A DNA stretch of 64,000 nt from Candidatus Heimdallarchaeum aukensis (lineage in GTDB: Archaea; Asgardarchaeota; Heimdallarchaeia; Heimdallarchaeales; Heimdallarchaeaceae): contig CP084166.1 in assembly GCA_021513695.1 (NCBI GenBank), positions 1,504,001-1,568,000 of the forward strand. Reading direction: 5' to 3'. Each line of letters begins with the position of its first letter. The stretch's first letter is position 1. Below are positions 59,413 to 64,000 of this stretch, piece by piece. A program made the translations under genes and the position numbers. Under the pieces are notes generated by a model. That model was not told the origin of the DNA and searched no databases. It saw nothing but the letters and a program-made list of their open reading frames with translations.

Positions 59413-60237
59413 ATGCCACAGAAGAAGAGAGATTTTGCAAAGATTGTTCGAAATATGATCAGACAAAGTGAAGTAGTTTGTGAAGTAATAGATGGACGTT
59501 TTCCATCACTATCCAGAGTTAGAAAATACGAAAATATGGTATTAAGAAATCCAAAAAAAAGTCTTGTAATAGCAATGAATAAAATTGACTTAGTTCCTGA
59601 CAAAGTAGTAAAAAAGTGGAAGAAAATTCTTGAAGAAGAAGGATTAAATGTTATTGCGGTAAGTGCAAGAGAAAGGTTAAGCACCTCTATATTAAGAAAA
59701 GAACTGCTTAAAGTTGCTCCACCAGAAACATACTTTGTAACTGCTTGTTTTATTGGTTTACCCAATACAGGCAAAAGTTCACTTATTAATATTCTAAAAG
59801 GAAGAGCTAGCGCTCCAGTTGCTCCGATCCCAGGTTACACAAGAGCAGAACAAGTATTAAGAATAACTACAAGATTAAGAATTTTTGATACACCTGGGGT
59901 ACTTACAAAAAATATTAACCCCAATGAGAGAATATTACTAGGTACTTATAGATGGGATCAGCTTGCAGACCATGTTAAAGCTTCTTGGGTGTTGGTTCAA
60001 GGAATAGAGAAGTATAACCCAGGAATTTTAACTGAAGTCTATGGAATAGAGTACCGTTCTCCTCCTGAATTTATTGAGAAATTCGCTGAAAAAAGGCATA
60101 GAAGAAAAAAAGGAGGAGTTTTAGATATTGAAGCAGCAGCTTCGATATTCATGAATGAGTATATTCAAGGAAAAATTCCGATATGGGAAGACCCTGAAAC
60201 GTATTTAAAAGAGAGAGAAGAACAAGAAGAGAGATAA
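59413..60237 (+). CDS. circularly permuted GTPase (YlqF/RbgA/Nug1-like ribosome-biogenesis GTPase)
   Basis: G4 (NKIDLV) precedes G1 (GLPNTGKSSLIN) and G3 (DTPGV), the permuted order diagnostic of this family. Confidence 0.75.
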   Translation: MPQKKRDFAKIVRNMIRQSEVVCEVIDGRFPSLSRVRKYENMVLRNPKKSLVIAMNKIDLVPDKVVKKWKKILEEEGLNVIAVSARERLSTSILRKELLKVAPPETYFVTACFIGLPNTGKSSLINILKGRASAPVAPIPGYTRAEQVLRITTRLRIFDTPGVLTKNINPNERILLGTYRWDQLADHVKASWVLVQGIEKYNPGILTEVYGIEYRSPPEFIEKFAEKRHRRKKGGVLDIEAAASIFMNEYIQGKIPIWEDPETYLKEREEQEER

Positions 60238-60489
60238 AGATAATAAACATAGAGAATTAGTATATCAATTATAGATCAAACGCTTAACAATTCAGTTTTT
60301 GAAAAAATAGTTATTCGTTTTTTAATTTTACAAATTTACAACTAACAAATTTTTTTGTAGTTTTATAAATCGTTTAAATCCTTCTTTTAATTAGACAATA
60401 AATATTTACATAATACGATTGTTTTTTTTTATTAGGAGATAGTTCAATGAAAAAAAATATGTGTTCTTATTGTTAAAAGCATGTTCAAA

Positions 60490-61480
60490 AATTAATTTTT
60501 ATTAATGTGGGGGTTTATGTCGGAAGTATGAGTTATTTCCAGATTTTAGACCCCCACAAAGTAAGAGAATTCATAGTCATTAATGAACCTTTCCTTAAGA
60601 AACTGGTGAAAGTGGAACCGAGAGAAAGTAAGAGAGGGAGAAAGAGAATAGCAGAAAGGTGGGTAATATTAGCAATAGCAATCATTGCTAGAATAGAAGG
60701 GATAGCTTGGAGGAAGTTAGAAGAAAAGTTGTCTCTATGCGCTTTTTTGATAGAAGAGGGGTGGATGAAGAAGATTCCTTCTAAATCCACTTTTCATGCT
60801 GTGTGGAGAGCGACAGAAAGTAAAATCTTAGAGCAGTGGATAATAGATTTAGGGGGAGAGATAGTGAGAAAAAAAGAGTTGAAAGCTATGGCGGTGGATA
60901 GTTCAGGGTTTAAAATTCGTCAAGCTTCTGTTTGGCGTTTTCTCAAGTGGTCAAGGGGAGCACTAAAGAAAATCTCCAACTAAACTTTTCTGGAAGATAC
61001 ACCTTATAGTTGGTTTACCCTCCAGAGCTATAGTCTCTCTAGCACATTCTGCTAGTAACACTCACGATAGTAAAGTCTTCGGTTTGTTATGGCAGAAACT
61101 TCCTTCTGCACTCTTAAGACCTTTCTTGCGATTCTATGGTGACTGCGCCTATTGGACAGAAAATATCGTCGGTCTTCTTAGCCAACATTCTTTTTTCCCT
61201 GTTATTCCCCCAAAAAGTAATGCTCGTTATCCCTCTCCTCCTCCCATTGGACCAATAGTTCAAGCTCATCGTCTCTACCCTGGTCTCTATCGTCGTAATC
61301 ATCACCCCGAGTATCGTAGTAGTATTGAACACGTCTTTGGATTAGTCTTCTCAAACTCTCTCTTCCCCCAATCCTTGATCGTTTACCCTCCACCATCCTC
61401 TCTACCTTGTACAGTTCTCTCCTCTGTTACAACTACCTTTTACTCCTTCGGACCGTTTAGTAGGTGAAAAAGAATTTTTG
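60490..61480 (+). mobile_element. degenerate IS5-family insertion sequence (ends approximate)
   Basis: Boundaries are set by the transposase remnant and by a shift from GC-richer to ~25% GC flanks. Only a weak imperfect terminal inverted repeat is visible (gtcggaagtatga versus the complement of tactccttcggac). Confidence 0.45.
60507..61467 (+). pseudogene. IS5-family (DDE) transposase, disrupted by frameshifts and stops into two or more fragments
   Basis: Fragment 1 (60507-60983): N-terminal insertion-element HTH region and the first catalytic Asp context MAVDSSGFKI. The ~100-nt stretch 60984-61083 needs two frame changes. Fragment 2 (61084-61467): YGDCAYW (second Asp) and IEHVFG (Glu). The region is visibly more GC-rich than its flanks. 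Confidence 0.7.
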
Positions 61481-61865
61481 GACATGCTTTGTTAATATTG
61501 TTGGGAAATTGAATAATTCTTCTTGGAGCACATTCTGGAACTAGCGAAACAACTACTCGTGCATTTTTAATAGAAAAAATAGAGATTACTGATAAGTTTG
61601 AAGGAACTACATCTACTCAATACAGAATACAAATTGGAATTCTTTTTGTAAGGATAGATGACTCTTCTGGTGCTACTTTCGATAATGACAAAAACTGTGG
61701 AGATTTAAGAACATTTCCAAAAGATTTTGATAACTATAATGGAGGTGGTGCCGATTTTTATGGTAATAAGTTATGTACCTTATATACTAAACATGTGATT
61801 TTTGTTCTTCTCTTTTCTTTTTCAAAGTAGAGGAAAAATAGAAGAAGAGAAGGTAGATTCTCTTC

Positions 61866-62108
61866 TTAACCTATGATTTTTAATTTTCCCTTGATAATAA
61901 GTATTGCACCACATCCAGAGATAATAATACTAAGGATTGCACCTGAAAACCAATACCAGTTAACATCTCCAGACTCTGTAAATGCCAAAAGAATAAATAT
62001 CAAAAAAAGAACGTTAAAAACAGTTGAAACTAGTAATATATTCAGAAATATGTTTTTAAATTTCGGCTTTTCAACGCTAGTTTGATAATTATTATCCTTT
62101 TCTTCCAT
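61866..62108 (-). CDS. small two-TM membrane protein, hypothetical (80 aa)
   Basis: Two hydrophobic helices. A T-rich imperfect hairpin lies just downstream, at 61795-61860. Confidence 0.35.
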   Translation of the reverse strand: MEEKDNNYQTSVEKPKFKNIFLNILLVSTVFNVLFLIFILLAFTESGDVNWYWFSGAILSIIISGCGAILIIKGKLKIIG

Positions 62109-62333
62109 ACTAAATAAAATAGAAAAATGATTTTTATTTTTTGTTACTAAGAAGATGAAATTAGAAATATCAGGATAATTGGTTTATGTCTTTGAATTCA
62201 CTAACATAAAACAAACCATTTTCATGTTTAACTATGTAGATATCTGTTTTTAACACGACCAAGCGAGATGCTTTTACAAAGTTTTCTAATTGATTATTAC
62301 ATAAAGGTTTTAACCTTAAAAAAGAAAAAAAAA

Positions 62334-64000
62334 CTATTTTTTCCTTCTTCTAATTAACGGATAGGAAAAAATAGCAACTACAAAATATATTATTGTAAAC
62401 GGAACTGTAGTTGTATTTTCCTCGTAAACACCTGCTCTTTTTAACCATTCAATAGATGTATCAAGGTTATAGTCATACTTCATAATGTCGTTATAATACC
62501 AATATGATTGAATAGGATAAATGGGGCTTTGAGATATTAAATATTCTCCATCGTGGATCTCTCTGTTTATTTCCTCTCTATCTATTGCATATGATATTGC
62601 TTTTCTTATAGCAAGAGCCTTTGAATAGTTTTCATATCCTGTCTCATTTAAGAAGATAAAGTTATCATCACCTCCAATAAAGGGTCTTCTAAGGTTGAAT
62701 ATCATAAAATTCATGTAGTTTTTCAGTTTTGACTGAATTTCAAACTTAGGGTCATCTTGCATGCTTTTTCTCTCATCTATGAAAGTGTCCATTTCTCCTA
62801 ATAAATCAAGTCTTCCTGCTTTAAACTCTTCAAGTATTGTATTTAAATCTTGAATGAAACGCACATTGATAGTTTTAATATCTAGATCCTGTTCTGTCCC
62901 ATCAATAGCTCCAACACCAAACCAGAAGGGAGAAGCCCTCAAAACTGCAACTGTATCTTTTTCATGATAGTCTAGCATGTACTTACCACAACCAAATGCA
63001 GAATTTCCATATGTAGACCACTGAGGAGTGTTAAAAACACCATTATACAGTCCTTTCATTGGAACACCCCCAGTGGAGTAAGTGACTGTTTCATCTGTTG
63101 TGTTTAAGAAAAATTCTGGTAATAGTCTAACTGCTAGTGCTTCCAAGAATTGTGTGTATTTTTCTTTCTCTTCTGTCTCAGGATCACCATCTATTTCTAT
63201 CCAGAATGACAAAGGATCATTAGAATCAACCCATACATTGTGAATCCAGCAATAATCAGCTGCATCTCCATTAATAATAGGGTTAGCATAAGCAAGTAAA
63301 GTAAATACTGCATCTTTAGCAGTTACTTGTTGGTTACTTCCATCACTAAACTCACCATTATCACTTTTCATGAGTATTGATGGATCTACAATAGTTCCAT
63401 TATCATAAATTAAAGGGTCAGAACTGCTATCTCTTCCAGTAATGTTAAAAGATGGATTCCAGAAAACCTCATCACGCAGAGTGAATTTGTATAAGAGTTC
63501 ATTGTTTTCATCTTGTTGCCAATCAACAATTAAACCAGTTTTAATGGGTTCAAAACCAGGAGACATCTGGATTAGTGGTTCTGTAACTAGCGAAAAAATG
63601 TAGGAATTAGATGAATCATGTTGCACGAATGGGTTTAAATTTACCCATAAATCAGTATAATCATTTAATTCTTCAGTTGATTGTTGGCCTTCATGTAAGG
63701 AACTGAACTCCATGTATGGTAGGGATTCAACAACCCCCCACAGTGCATTATATCCGTCTAATGTAGCCCAATTAGCGACATATGAACGTGGACTGAAGAA
63801 TGGCAACATTGGCAAGATTTTGTCCATGATTAGTTGTTGCCATTTGTAATAGTGTTGTTGTCTTTCTTCAAGTCCCATGACAAGAGAGCCTTGTTCTAAC
63901 ATCTCTTCATTATCGTCACCATAAGGAATCTCTGAGTTTATACCAAAATAATTTAGAGAACCATTCTCACCAAATAATTCCATCTGATCATATATTGTTC
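62334..64000 (-). CDS. extracellular solute-binding-protein (family 5, Opp/Dpp-like)-related surface protein with C-terminal TM anchor; 5' end beyond window
   Basis: Motifs TAKDAVFTL, ALAIRKAISYAIDREEI and LDTSIEWLKRAGV resemble SBP_bac_5. It ends with TM TVPFTIIYFVVAIFSYPLI plus RRRKK. The frame stays open upstream of ATG 63983 to the window edge. Confidence 0.5.
   Translation of the reverse strand, partial: TIYDQMELFGENGSLNYFGINSEIPYGDDNEEMLEQGSLVMGLEERQQHYYKWQQLIMDKILPMLPFFSPRSYVANWATLDGYNALWGVVESLPYMEFSSLHEGQQSTEELNDYTDLWVNLNPFVQHDSSNSYIFSLVTEPLIQMSPGFEPIKTGLIVDWQQDENNELLYKFTLRDEVFWNPSFNITGRDSSSDPLIYDNGTIVDPSILMKSDNGEFSDGSNQQVTAKDAVFTLLAYANPIINGDAADYCWIHNVWVDSNDPLSFWIEIDGDPETEEKEKYTQFLEALAVRLLPEFFLNTTDETVTYSTGGVPMKGLYNGVFNTPQWSTYGNSAFGCGKYMLDYHEKDTVAVLRASPFWFGVGAIDGTEQDLDIKTINVRFIQDLNTILEEFKAGRLDLLGEMDTFIDERKSMQDDPKFEIQSKLKNYMNFMIFNLRRPFIGGDDNFIFLNETGYENYSKALAIRKAISYAIDREEINREIHDGEYLISQSPIYPIQSYWYYNDIMKYDYNLDTSIEWLKRAGVYEENTTTVPFTIIYFVVAIFSYPLIRRRKK

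Noticed and set aside
60500-61470. Terminal inverted repeats of the IS element
   Set aside because: Only a 9/13 imperfect match was found (gtcggaagtatga versus the complement of the right end). This is too weak to call IS ends without alignment to an intact copy.
62150-62220. Imperfect hairpin ggtttatgtc...gacataaaacaaacc, and a 10-mer ggtttatgtc shared with the IS left flank (60512)
   Set aside because: The stem is interrupted by a bulge, and the 10-mer match is within chance expectation for 128 kb of AT-rich two-strand sequence.
1-64000. Search for CRISPR arrays, tRNA and rRNA genes
   Set aside because: No short regularly spaced direct repeats were seen. Outside the IS there are no GC-rich 70-90-nt islands that would mark tRNAs in this AT-rich background. 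Nothing supports such features.

Overview
This is an AT-rich (roughly 30% GC by eye), densely coding archaeal chromosome segment with short intergenic gaps and oligo-T tracts after genes. Archaeal origin is supported by a PurP-type FAICAR synthetase (two paralogs), an intein-containing RtcB, ADP-forming acetyl-CoA synthetase alpha/beta pairs, a two-thioredoxin-fold PDO and an AlaX protein. The gene content and low GC fit an Asgard/Lokiarchaeia-like lineage, but that placement is inference only.

Main contents, 5' to 3':
1. A 7-gene plus-strand operon (2278-12947): MoxR AAA+ ATPase, a DUF58/vWA-like protein, and five large uncharacterised membrane or secreted proteins. A tandem winged-HTH regulator lies divergently upstream. 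This is the best candidate for an undescribed system.
2. Housekeeping genes: DegV, ACD alpha/beta, AlaX, an MBL hydrolase, a TPR giant, a NifU-like protein and a YjjX-type ITPase.
3. A 10-kb minus-strand de novo purine operon, purCS-purQ-purL-purE-purBM-purN-purF-purD (33329 down to 23466). It contains two unusual gene fusions, PurB-PurM and PurC-PurS. A divergent HTH-PRTase (PurR-like) regulator follows. A TTGCA-N6-TGCAA palindrome recurs three times next to pur genes.
4. A PDO, two tandem parvulins, a second ACD pair, a beta-helix surface protein, urocanase, purP x2 with a fused guaA, an NADH oxidase/CoADR-family enzyme and the glycine cleavage system gcvT-H-PA-PB.
5. rtcB interrupted by a 505-aa LAGLIDADG intein, then a DHH/DHHA1 phosphoesterase, TatD and a circularly permuted GTPase.
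6. A degraded, relatively GC-rich IS5-family transposase pseudogene, and a partial SBP-like surface protein at the 3' edge.

No rRNA, tRNA or CRISPR array was recognisable. All calls rest on motif recognition by eye from the ORF translations; no database searches were run.
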